This document shows, piece by piece, positions 1 to 11,220 of a DNA stretch of 21,951 nt. Origin of the DNA: Tubiluchus corallicola (taxonomy: Eukaryota > Animalia > Priapulida); contig JAQGDQ010001894.1 of the NCBI GenBank assembly GCA_030141605.1, positions 1 to 21,951 on the forward strand. Direction: 5' to 3'. Below the pieces are notes generated by a model. The model saw only the letters and a program-made list of their open reading frames with translations, had not been told where the DNA came from and made no database searches. Every line of letters begins with the position of its first letter. The first letter of the stretch is position 1. The position numbers and the translations under genes were made by a program.

Positions 1-62
1 AGGACCCATCTACTTTTCCATTCCATCATGTCTACTAACCCCTGTATCTTTTCATTCCTCAG

Positions 63-608
63 CCCTCCCCCCTGGATCTCTCACAATGACTTCTCTCATC
101 AGTGTTAAATTTCACCATGCTCACCTTCTCTTTTCCCACCCCTCCCCCCTGGATCTCTCACAATGACTTCTCTCATCAGTGTTAAATTCACCATGCTCGC
201 CTTCTCTTTTCCCACCCCTCCCCCTGGATCTCTCACAATGACTTCTCTCATCAGTGTTAAATTTCACCATGCTCACCTTCTCTTTTCCCACCCCTCCCCC
301 CTGGATCTCTCACAATGACTTCTCTCATCAGTGTTAAATTTCACCATGCTCACCTTCTCTTTTCCCACCCCTCCCCCGGGATCTCTCACAATGACTTCTC
401 TCATCAGTGTTAAATTTCACCATGCTCGCCTTCTCTTTTCCCACCCCTCCCCCGGGATCTCTCGCAATGACTTCTCTCATCAGTGTTAAATTTCACCATG
501 CTCACCTTCTCTTTTCCCACCCCTCCCCCGGGATCTCTCACAATGACTTCTCTCATCAGTGTTAAATTTCACCATGCTCGCCTTCTCTTTTCCCACCCCT
601 CCCCCCGG
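63..608. repeat. Tandem minisatellite, ~76-bp unit, 7 copies
   Basis: GGATCTC recurs at 74, 151, 226, 303, 379, 455 and 531. Units are near-identical, differing mainly in C-run length and an ACC/GCC site. Confidence 0.97.
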
Positions 609-859
609 CAGATGACGATCATTATTTCTTACCAGATTTGACGTTTGCTCGTATTACCAGGTTGCGCAATTTCCCGAGGAATTAATATTTAACTTGTTGC
701 TTGGATAATAAGGATAGATTATGCAGTGTAATAATAGTAATGTGAGTTTACAATGAAACAAATTGATATTGGAATACACGGGCGTAATAAAAGCAAAAGC
801 AATCATTTACACAATGGCTGTAGCACAACGACGACAGCAACAACGATTGCAAAAACAAA

Positions 860-897
860 GGCGATGACAGCAACGTCATGATGATGACAATGATATA

Positions 898-957
<60 letters not shown>

Positions 958-985
958 GTAATGATGATGATGATGATGTTGTTGA
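860..985. repeat. (GAT)n microsatellite
   Basis: Nearly pure GAT run at ~897-977 with degenerate flanks. Confidence 0.95.
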
Positions 986-1202
986 CAATAATGACTCCGA
1001 GTGGAAATTTTCGTATAAAACAACGCCAACTTTTCAAGCTATTCTTTTGCCTAGTTTGACTAGTGGTAAAGCCAGCACTGATCGTTTACCATACAATAGA
1101 CCAATTTATATTACAATATGGCGCCCAACGTTGTCTGCCTTGATACTCGAGTCTAGCAAAATCGTTTTTCCTTAAAGCTTCTTTTAGTTGAAGATATGGC
1201 GA

Positions 1203-1360
1203 GATGATATGGTGGTGATGCTGATGATGATGATGGTGATGGTGATGATGACGATGGCGAGATGATCCGGTGGTCATGGTGATGATGGTGATGATGATGA
1301 CAATGATGACAACGACGATGATTACGACAACGACGGTGGTGATGATGATGACGGTGATGA
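1203..1360. repeat. Degenerate (GAT/GGT/GAC)n microsatellite
   Basis: Seen directly; explains the His/Ile-rich minus-strand ORF. Confidence 0.9.
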
Positions 1361-1825
1361 TAATTTGATACACATCAATGTAACTTTATAAACAAGAAAT
1401 TGTTTAATAAGTGTCTGCCTCTGTTCTCAGATAAGATAGTGCAAATCCACCGTGAATTATAGCAAGTCAGTGAGTCCATTACAGTAGACAACGACGATGA
1501 CGACGGTGATGGTGATGATGACGATGATGATAATTTGATACACATCAATGTAACTTGATAGACAAGAAATTGTTGAATAACTGTCTGCTTCTTTTCTCAG
1601 ATAAGATAGTGTAAATCCACCGTGAATTATAGCAAGTCAGAGAGTCCATTACAGTAGACAACGACGATGACGACGGTGATGGTGATGATGACGATGATGA
1701 TAATTTGATACACATCAATGTAACTTGATAGACGAGCAATTGCTGAATAACTGTCCGCCTCTTTTCTCAGATAAGATAGTGCAAATCCACTGTGAATTAT
1801 GGCAAGTCAGTGAGTCCATTGTAGT
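1325..1825. repeat. 170-bp tandem repeat, ~3 copies
   Basis: TAATTTGATACACATCAATGTAAC at 1361, 1531 and 1701 (exact 170 spacing); each unit contains a GAT-rich segment. Confidence 0.95.
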
Positions 1826-1868
1826 CAGTGGCAGTCGATGTCGTTTTAATCATTTTCATCATTTTCAG

Positions 1869-1970
1869 ATTCGTGGCCAGTCTAGCGGTCACTGATTTAA
1901 TGGTGGGCATATCCATCATCATCTTTAACACAATGGACGAGTACATCTCATTCGAAGACATGACCAAATT
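1869..1970 (+). CDS. Class A GPCR, internal exon encoding TM2 and ECL1 (FVASLAVTDLMVGISIIIFNTMDEYISFEDMTK)
   Basis: Acceptor ttttcag ends at 1868 and donor gtaagt starts at 1971. Contains the TM2 motif SLAxxD. The terminal TT joins G8537 to give TTG in frame with the downstream exon. An in-frame stop at 1822-1824 supports an upstream intron. Confidence 0.88.
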
Positions 1971-2000
1971 GTAAGTATGGCTTTCACGGTGGAGATTTAA

Positions 2001-2548
2001 AGGAAAACCGGATGATTGTGTAAACTTTAGTTCAGAATAAAGAATACTCTAAAGTATTGAAAACTACAATAGCTTATTTTAAATCAAAGCTTAGATTAAA
2101 TAATAATTACCTCGGACACTCAAATTTCGTTAACCTTTCAAAGCTACGCGCGGCTCAATGAATCTACTAAGATTGGCAGCGGCGCCTTTATGTCACGTGC
2201 GCGTGGTCGACAAATAGAAGGCGGTACCGTGATAAGCATGATCATGAACTGCAGTGTTAGTTTCTGATGTCATGTGACGTAGAGCCCATTTTCCTGACAT
2301 CACACGTTTAAGCGGTACTGTAACACTTACGCAAACGTGCTTGACGCGCAAGGGAAGATGCCTACCATTGCACAAATTGTTGTTAGTTCCTGATGTAAGC
2401 AATAGCTGTGTTCGGTTGCCGTTAATTAACTTTATAAGCTAATTAATCTAATATAAGGAACAATTGTTAACTTTTATAGGCAAGAAAATGTATATTTTGG
2501 ACAGTAAATTAAAATGAAATAGAGTCTAAATAATCGTCCGGTCTGCCT
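2001..2548. mobile_element. Non-autonomous TTAA-flanked DNA transposon, Kolobok-like (AG termini)
   Basis: TTAA at 1997-2000 and 2549-2552. Imperfect TIRs AGGAAAACCGGATGATT / AATCGTCCGGTCTGCCT. Homologous copies at 18111-18432 and 16582-17208. Confidence 0.8.
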
Positions 2549-2922
2549 TTAAGCGGCGTGTACCGGACATCCGGAGTGCGTTATTGCGTGTCCAGCTGCG
2601 TGTAGAAAAACATGTGACTAGGTTTGAAACAGACAGTTTTACAACCGATATACGTTCTCCCCTAGTGGGAGCGAACGCTAGACAGATGCAGAACAATGGT
2701 GACCACACTGAACAAGAAATGTTGGAAGAAATGTGAACATTACTATGTAACAATAGTAACAAAGTTAACACTATTTAAAGCGGTTGCATCTTTTTCCACA
2801 ACTTTCGCCAATTTCGCCAATGCTAACTATAGCCGACATGATGATTACGCATTTTTTTCCACGCGAAAAGCTTGCTAAACTTCACCCCAACGTGCATATA
2901 GGACTCATGAAACGCAATTTAA

Positions 2923-3524
2923 CCCTTATAGGGTCACGATTTTTTACAACGGACTTTGGTAACCGGGGGTAAAAGATTACCCCCAGCAAAATTCGTAAAT
3001 TACTTTTGATAAACCGCCGTGTTTCATTAAAAAACAGCAACAGCATAATTTGTGGTTACGCTGACCACCATAGGATACATTATACCTCTGCTTAAATGTG
3101 ACCATGTGACTTACTAGTAATATGAAATTTAAATTCCCTTATCTATGCTGGAACAACTGTAGACAACCTACTTTGCTAGCGCGTGTGCAAAAATCATTGT
3201 TATTTTGAATTTATTGTCTACTACTTTCCTCTTTTAGGTGGAGTAATTTGAGTAACCGACATTTTTTTTATAAGATACATCGCCCGTATAATGTATAGAC
3301 AAGCGAAGTAAAGTTTCGACAATTTTAAAAAATCGACATATTGCATTTTCACTTTTATTTCGTGGTGAGACAATGCGCCTAAAATATATAACTGTGCACA
3401 AAACATATTTAGGATCAGTCATAGAAAAGGTTTGCTGGGATGCGTATGGTAAAAGGGTAAAGTGCAAAAAACTGGTCTGGGGGTAATTTTTCACCCCCCC
3501 CCCCCCCCGGTAACCCTATAAGGG
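2923..3524. mobile_element. Non-autonomous piggyBac-like MITE
   Basis: TTAA at 2919-2922 and 3525-3528. Perfect 12-bp TIR CCCTTATAGGGT / ACCCTATAAGGG with CCC termini. Subterminal inverted repeats at ~2958-2987 and ~3477-3515. Confidence 0.9.
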
Positions 3525-3641
3525 TTAAAACAAGCTGCAAACTTTTTTAAGTACGAATTATATAGACAAAATATAGATAAGATTCTGTAGTGACCAGAAA
3601 AATGTCAATTGCATTTTGACAAATAAAACAATTCTGCTGAT

Positions 3642-3765
3642 CGTGGTGCACGCCAAGGAGGTGTCCTTTGTCCAATGTTGATCTCTCGCCATATCAGTGT
3701 GCTGGCAACTTTCTCCTCCACCATCACACCTCTGCAGTACGCATTGATACGCCTGATGTGCGCAG
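3642..3765 (+). mobile_element. Decayed non-LTR retrotransposon reverse transcriptase fragment
   Basis: Translates as RGARQGGVLCPMLISRHISVL...PLQYA followed by a frameshifted DT. Resembles RT motifs GxxQGxxLSP and YADD at the expected spacing. Confidence 0.55.
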
Positions 3766-4019
3766 ACTACATCTGAGATACTTATTAAACTTCGCGATTT
3801 TCCAATTTTCAGGAAGTCTGTGTGCTTTTAATTACATTTAATTATCAGTTTTCCACCGGAAGTTGCGCAGGAAGTGTAATACGCGCTCTCAGTAGCAACA
3901 GAACAATCTTAGCGCCAAAAACTGTGAAGTCAGGAAATTGAAGATCACAATAGTCAGGGAGATTGTGGCGATAATGATGATAATAACAGCAGTTGCAAGT
4001 TTTCATGCCTGGATCAGAA

Positions 4020-4255
4020 GTAGTAGAGCTAGTAAGAAAAATAGTAAGATTAGAGATGGGGAGAAGGAAGGGAGGGGGAATGAGTGTATGAAAGAATTGT
4101 CAGGATTAGTAGACTTGATGGGATGGAAAAATAGTAAGATTAGGGATAGGAAGAAGGAAGAGAGGGGAGGATGAGTGAATGAAAGAATGGTTAGGGTTAG
4201 TAGACATGATGGAATGGAAAAGTAGTAAGATTGGGGATAGGAAGAAATGAGGGAG
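4020..4255. repeat. Purine-rich ~90-bp tandem repeat, ~2.5 copies
   Basis: TAGTAAGATT at 4042, 4132 and 4223. 4194-4225 is the exact reverse complement of 10-41. Confidence 0.88.
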
Positions 4256-4884
4256 ATAGTAATCGTTATTTTAAAATATATAAAAAGAAAGTGAGAAATC
4301 AAAGTGTACAGTAACTTTTAGGACACCATGTACATGCAAGATCACCATCAACAATACGCTTTACGTGCAATTATACGTGTAATCAAATCAGGTGGCAACA
4401 AATGCACTGACGAATCTCTCAGTGGATACAACTAATCAGATAACGTAATAAATGAATATCAATTACTGGAGAAAAAGGAAGCCACAGTTGGGATAAAGAA
4501 AACTAGGGAAAATCGGGATTCAATAAGCAAAATGACCTGCACGGTTAATTAAGTTCTGTTGTTACACTTGGCCTTCGATCCTTTTACAGAAGACGCCATT
4601 AGCACCACTTACTGTAGATTTTTACCCTAGACATTATCACATGATCTTACAAACCTAATTATTTCTTTCGGACCTCTTATATGTGGAATTCTTTGTAGAA
4701 AATAACGTTACTACTAACTATAAAGTTACTCGCAATGCTACTTTGATACGCCTTATCTGACTCGATACGCACATTTTGAAGATTTCTCAGATTCGTCCTA
4801 GTGAGACTACTATGTACAACTAGAATCCCGAGTGTGCCGCGCGTGTAGCAGAAGGGTGCATAAAAAGTTCCTGAATAAATTGGA

Positions 4885-5396
<512 letters not shown>

Positions 5397-5439
5397 ACTT
5401 GCCAAATCATTGTACTGTGAAAAGTGGAACTGGCTTCCC

Positions 5440-5715
5440 GAATCGTCCTGATTTGACTTGCGTGACCACCAGCTTCCCTACTTAGGATTAGTCGTCCCTA
5501 AAATCCACTCTAATCAGTCAAGATTTCATGCGTCAGCATAAAAGGAGGACAGAAGCGAATAGAAGGAGAAAAACTCCAGACTAATTTAGGAAATGAAATG
5601 AAACTTCTTGCGCAACGATTCAAAGAAACCGGATTTTATAGAACCAGTTTTAATCAAACTTTTGGCGAACAAATTGAAATGGATAATACAATAGCAAGAA
5701 CTGATCAACATTAGA
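5440..5715 (+). mobile_element. Possible very decayed Penelope-like RT C-terminal fragment
   Basis: Peptides TTSFP..LKSTLISQDFMR and (other frame) EMKLLAQRFKETGF loosely resemble the post-RT region of PLE ORFs. Stops and a frameshift are present; by-eye match only. Confidence 0.22.
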
Positions 5716-5724
5716 CGCAGATAA

Positions 5725-6310
5725 TCATTTCATGGTTGTCAACATCGTCGTCGTTGTCGTCATCATCATCATCATCATGACCACCATCATCGGCATCAGT
5801 GGTAGTAGAAGCATCACTTCGTTCGTCATCATCATCTTCATCGTTATCATAACATTATCATCACTACCACTACCACCACCGTCATCATCATCATCATTAT
5901 CATCATCATTTGCAGCAGCACCAGCATTAGTCACTATAGAAGCATCCCTACCTTCATCACCATTACCGTCATCATCATCATCATCATCATCACCACCACC
6001 ACAACCACCAGCATCAACGTTATCATCACCGTCATGATCATCATCATATTCATCACCACAATTACCATCATTTTTGTCACCGTTATCATCATTAACAAGG
6101 TCACTATAATCCATTAACATTATCGCATCATCCTTCACCACACCATCATCAAAATCATTGTCACCTGTTAGTACTGCCACACCATCCTTTACCATCATTA
6201 TCATCATCCTTGATGAGGTCATCTTCACATTCTTCACTGAAGTCAACATCATTGTTACATACATCACCATTGCCACTATAATCGTCATCATCGTTACGGC
6301 CATCACCACA
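5725..6310. repeat. Long degenerate (ATC/ACC/GTC)n microsatellite
   Basis: Seen directly; source of the Asp/Met-rich and Ser-rich ORFs. Confidence 0.92.
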
Positions 6311-6644
6311 ATTCACGAAACTTATCGATGGCACGGCTGATTTTCATCATTTAACCTGAGATATGTTTAATAGGATATAATTAGTCCTTAAACTGCACAA
6401 CAGGACATCAAAGAGTAGAGGCACTGTTATCCAGTTATGACTATGGCAAATTATGTGCCCATTCGACGGTACGTTATTGTACTCCATGCTAAATAAAGCG
6501 AACTGAGCTGAATTCCATCGAAATGACACGCAGAAAACAGCATAGGTTATATTTCAGTGCTGCAATACAATGGAAAATGTGATTAAGCCTACAAGAAGTG
6601 AAAATGTTGTTAATATTGAACATTTCAAATAGCATGCTACTAAA

Positions 6645-6941
6645 TGGGCTAACGTCGTACATTGGCCAACGTCGTACATTGCCTAACGTCATGCGCGGGC
6701 TAACGTCGTACGCGGGCTAATGTCGTACGCTGGCTAACGTCGCACGTGGGCTAACGTCGCACGTTGGCTAATGTCGCACACCGGCTAACGTCACACACGG
6801 GCTAGCATCCTACATGGGCCAACGTCGCACATGGGCTAACGTCGTACGCTGGCTAACGTCGCACGTGGGCTAATGTCGCACACGGGCTAACATCCTACAT
6901 GGGCCAACGTCGCACATGGGCTAACGTCGCACACTGGCTAA
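6645..6941. repeat. 17-18-bp minisatellite (GGGCTAACGTCGCACRY), ~17 copies
   Basis: Core GGCTAACGTCG recurs with 17-18 bp period. Confidence 0.95.
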
Positions 6942-6960
6942 TCCTTATTACTGGCACTTA

Positions 6961-7915
6961 AAAACATTTATAGTTAAATACAACCCTAACTTTAATAAAA
7001 CTTTTAATTTACATAGTTAAAAATCATGTCAAACGTTTCGACAGAGTTACTGATGTGGTAAATTTACAAACATGCAACAAGTTTATAAACGCAGAGCCTA
7101 TTATGCACTAAATAAGTAGTTAACAGAAGCCAAATAGGCAATGATTAAGCAGACCAGTAAAAATTGATACAGTAAATTATGCACTAATTACGTATTTACA
7201 AAAACCAAATAGGTAAACAGATCAGTAGAAAAGAAATCGACACCGTAAATTATGCACTAATTATGTATTTACAAAAAGCCAAATAGAAAATGAGTAAGCA
7301 GACCTGAAGAAAACAAATTGATACAGTAACAAACAGCTAAGTGTTTGAAAGTAAAGTTAAAGGAATTGAACTGCTCTACACATTAAGAGAAGACTTATTA
7401 GAGTACATAAATCAACTTTCTTTTATTAGTAAGTCCGTGTTAGTAGCTCTGGTCAGAATGCTGAAATTATTAAAATCAGCTTTGATCATTAATGCTCGAT
7501 TCAGGAGAATTTTTTAAGTTTTTGCCATTTGTAGACTGTCACAACTTCTTTACTGGTCTGCTTATTCATTACCTATTTGGCTTCTGTTAACTACTTAATT
7601 AGTGCATAATTTACTGTATCAATTTCTTTACTGGTCTGTTTATTAATTACCTATTTGGCTTCTGTTAACTACTTGATTAGTGCATAATTTACTGTATAAA
7701 TTTCCTTACTGGTCTGTTTATTCATTACGTTTTTGGCTTCTGTTAACTACATAATTAGTGACTAATAGGCTCTGCCTAAATAAAACGGTTGTATGTTAGT
7801 AAATTTACCACTGATGATGACAGCAGCAGCCTGTCGAAACGTTTAGCATGATTTTAACTTTTTAATGTAAAAGTTTTAATAAATTTTTGTTGTTTTTAAC
7901 CACAAATTTATATTT
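6961..7915 (-). mobile_element. Penelope-like element relic: decayed GIY-YIG endonuclease C-terminus between inverted pseudo-LTRs
   Basis: 6961-7330 and ~7548-7915 are imperfect inverted repeats, each with a ~78-bp internal tandem (7551, 7629, 7707 in the right arm). Minus strand 7480-7337 reads ADFNNFSILTRATNTDLLIKES*FMYSNKSSLNV*SSSIPLTLL, preceded in another frame by GKNLKNSPESSIND. A hammerhead motif lies in the arm. Confidence 0.8.
7805..7850 (+). ncRNA. Minimal type I hammerhead ribozyme motif (PLE-type)
   Basis: CTGATGA (7811-7817), extra T, stem II GACAG/CTGTC (7819-7823/7831-7835), GAAAC (7836-7840), palindromic ACGT for a dimeric stem III, predicted GUU site at 7841-7843. Stem I pairing is poor. 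Confidence 0.68.
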
Positions 7916-8239
7916 TACTTTAGAATTTTTAACGAAGCCAGAAAACTTATTGTCACATATTAGCCACATTAGACCATTTTGTTATATTTCAAGCAAATTT
8001 CAGTAAATTACCTTCATTACCCTATGGCACATCACTGCAGACCTCATGTTCAATTAAAATCAACGACATGGTGTTTAATCAATAATTTATCTCAATTAAG
8101 AGCAAGCAGCAAACGACCATTAATAATGGCAAAATTCTCTCTGAGGTCTGACAAAAATTTATTCTCTCACTTTTCTGTGGTTAGAAATCGATGAATTGCA
8201 GAACTTCATTGAGCAACATGAGTTTTTGTAGTGAACTAG

Positions 8240-8375
8240 ATGAAAGTAATGATGGTGATAACGGTGGTGATGATGAAGATGATGATGATGACGACGATGA
8301 GGACAACGAAGATGATGATGATGAACATGACAATGACAATGAAGATGAAGACGACGACGACGACGATAATAATGA
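8240..8375. repeat. Degenerate (GAT/GAC)n microsatellite
   Basis: Seen directly. Confidence 0.9.
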
Positions 8376-8536
8376 GTTCACTCGTAAAAATTAGGAAGCT
8401 GTTAACACCTGTCACCAGTCTTAATCACACTGCAGGTATCAATGAAGTTGAAGGTATTAAATGTACTGTCTAACACTTTATGACGCAACTTCATGAATTT
8501 TTTTCTTTTTTAATACTGATCAACACTTTTTTCCAG

Positions 8537-9398
8537 GGTACCTTGTCTTCTACGTAATGCCATCGTCGACACATGTCTCTGCGCCTCGCTCATCAACCTG
8601 CTGCTCATCACTACAGACCGTTACATCGCCGTCGTTCATCCGCTTCACTACAACATCTTCATCAGCAAGAGGAAAGCCAACATTCTCATTTGTTTCACCT
8701 GGCTCTGGTCCATATTACTCGTTTTCGTACCGGCAATTCTGTGGCACAACGATTACAAGGAGTGCAGACTCGCCCTCTTCTACAACAAAACCCACTTCTA
8801 CGCAATCAGCGGGCAGTTCTTCTTGATACTGACGCTGAAGATCGTCCTTTACGTGAGGATGTTCTACGTAGTGTGGCGCCAGCGGGAGATCATGAAGGAG
8901 CACAAATTACCGGACAACAATGAACCGAAGACGGATACGATGTACGCGCAAAGAATTGCGCAGATCTTTGCCATTGTCTTCGGAGCATTCATCATTTGCG
9001 TCACGCCATTCTACGTCATTCACGTGTACATCATTGCCACTAGGGCCCTGGAACCCGAAAACACGGGGTATGATAGCTTTCAGAAGCGCATCAGCAATGC
9101 CATCATAGTCGCAGACATCTTGATGTTTGCCAATTCCACCATCAATCCAATCATTTACGCCTGGCGTTATCCGGAGTTCAAGCGGAGCTTCAAGAAGATC
9201 ATTCAGAGATGTTGCCACAAAGCAAACCCAAGCCGGTACAACTTCAAGAGGAGTTCACCGGATAACGATACGCAGACGCACGAAGTGTACGAGCTGGTGG
9301 ACTGCAACAACAGCAACGGCAACAATGCGCAGAAGACGAAGCTGGTTAAAAATACTGCTCAGAATACTACAAACTCATCTAATCTTGTGTCATTGTGA
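8537..9398 (+). CDS. Class A GPCR, terminal coding exon TM3-TM7 and C-tail (orphan, adenosine/aminergic-receptor-like architecture)
   Basis: Acceptor ttttttccag ends at 8536. The frame is open from 8538, upstream of the listed 8823 ORF: VPCLLRNAIVDTCLCASLINLLLITTDRYIAVVHPLHY...FTWLWS...FIICVTPFY...ANSTINPIIYAWRYPEFKRSF...CC, stop TGA 9396-9398. Confidence 0.96.
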
Positions 9399-9579
9399 TT
9401 AATGTTTCCGTAACATTTTAGTAATGGCCGAACAATGAGGAGCTTTGAGTCTGAAAGTAAAACTTTGAGATGGTTTGCCAGCACACATTAAACGAGCAGC
9501 TTAACAGTAAAAATGAAACTCCACTAACTAAGGTTGAAAAACCGCTTCGAAGACAAGACAAAGATAAATTTGTCCTTGC

Positions 9580-10400
9580 CTATGACTGCCTGAATTGGAA
9601 AACCAATGAGTAGATAATGTGCAATGTCCACTGTTCATTATAATTAAATTGAGATATTAAAAAAAGAAGTAATGCAGGTAAGAATGTGCTGGCCTGTGAG
9701 GTAAAAACAACTGCTCTCTCTGGTGAGAAGTTTGAGAAACAAGAATTTGTAAATGTAATAACGTCCCAGACAGACATACTTATTTCCAATGGTTTACAAA
9801 ACACTCGCTCATGGCGGATTATATAATATGCCACTGATTTGAAAAGGGGTCGCTTGTTGAAGATAATCATGGCTTGTGATTTGAGGAAGTATTCATTAAC
9901 GTCTTTCAGAGCTAGCATTTTTATGGAATGATCATAAGGAAAAGCTGTCCATTCGATCGAGATGCTCGGGAAGGAGGAATTCCAATAGGGTGAAACATCC
10001 CTTTTGAAACTAAGAAAGAGTTGAAAGCTAAAGTACTTAAAAGGGGGACGATGTTGTGTAGAAACACTCACTTAGATAATGAATGTTTATGCCGTTATTT
10101 GAGGAGATCAGAGAAGATAGCTATATGAAGGATGTGAAGAAATGATTTACTCTACCAATGTAAAAACGAAACCAAAAGGTATAAATAAAAACCCGCAAGA
10201 TTATGAGAAAAGACCATTAATTTCGAATAAGGGACACTTGTGATAAAATCTTGTATTGCCGCCGTTGAACCTCTTTGAATTGACTGGTTACGACACGAGA
10301 GCTTCTCAAAAAAACTAGCATCCCGATTCCCTTCTCCAAGAATTTTTAGATTCATTTCCAGATGTGAAAACGGATAACAATAAAAAAACCAGCTAAAAGA
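9580..10400 (-). mobile_element. Probable decayed L1/Tx1-clade LINE ORF2 C-terminal fragment
   Basis: Minus-strand peptides IW/NLKI...AIQDFI...YLLVSFLHW and YWNSSFPSISIEW...FNKRPLFK...FC resemble the region leading into the zf-RVT domain. Broken by stops; by-eye only. Confidence 0.4.
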
Positions 10401-10934
10401 GAAATACCCATTGAAATATTAAAAGAAGGCATTTACAATTACTTGTGGCAACGTTTTCTGCTGGTTCTACTATTTCCGGTTACCCTATAGGGGTTTCCGG
10501 ATTTCCGGTAGTCCACTATTTCCGGATATCCAGTGCACATAGGCTCGTTGTTGTGTGTACGTGTGATTATTTACGTATTAAGGTTTGAGCAGTGTGACAT
10601 CAAATGTATATAGTACTAATATCTGTTTATATAATGACAAATGTCCAATTTTAATCAGGGCAGAGAGAGAACTAGCTGTTCTGTGATAAAAAGGTAATAG
10701 AAGTTACATTAACAGATCACTTACAATTATTACGATCTATACTGTTTATAAGACTTGACTTTTCTGCTACCGTATGAGCACAGACATAACTAAATCATTA
10801 AAAATTAGGTATTGTTCTTTTCAGGAGAATATTGGTTCTCTAATCATGCCATTTGTTTAAACATTTATTAGTGATTTAAATGGATAAAATTAAGAAAAAC
10901 ACGCACTTTTCAGGTATTCAAACTTATACCGAGT

Positions 10935-11220
10935 AGCTTAGTCTGGTGTACACTTGCGTGATCGTACACTCTATTTTATTGATCGCCTGCTTGCTACAGC
11001 TCAAGCTATGCAGTTTTTTTGCTGCTATTCTAGAGAAACCAACCCATCATCAGTCAGGGAGAAATTATGGTCGTTTCATTTTTTAACAAGAAATTCTCCT
11101 TAAAAATAGAGTAGACTTGAAACCAAAGTGTATCAGAGTGTTGTGTCTGGATAGTTGAACTATTCTGCATCAACCAATTTCACACAAGCAATACTATACA
11201 TTGTTACAGTTCAAACACTA
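10935..11220. repeat. Dispersed repeat, copy A (unclassified)
   Basis: Colinear with 14861-15108, e.g. AGCTTAGTCTGGTGTACACTT and GGTCGTTTCATTTTTTAACA. Confidence 0.9.

Noticed and set aside
63-608. CRISPR array, or hammerhead array (minus strand has CTGATGAG and GAAA in each unit)
   Set aside because: There are no unique spacers and the context is eukaryotic. No stem II can form, and only 7 nt separate GAAA from CTGATGA, too few for stems I and III.
2653-2681. Small hairpin followed by CTAG (Helitron 3' end?)
   Set aside because: The stem is bulged, there is no spacing before CTAG, the next base is not T, and no 5' end was found.
4300-4332. Tc1/mariner-like terminus (...TTTTAGGACACCATG|TA)
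   Set aside because: No partner TIR or second copy was found in the window.
8557-9402. Alternative-frame and antisense ORFs over the GPCR exon
   Set aside because: Shadow ORFs of GC3-rich coding sequence; only the frame starting at 8538 has 7TM motifs.
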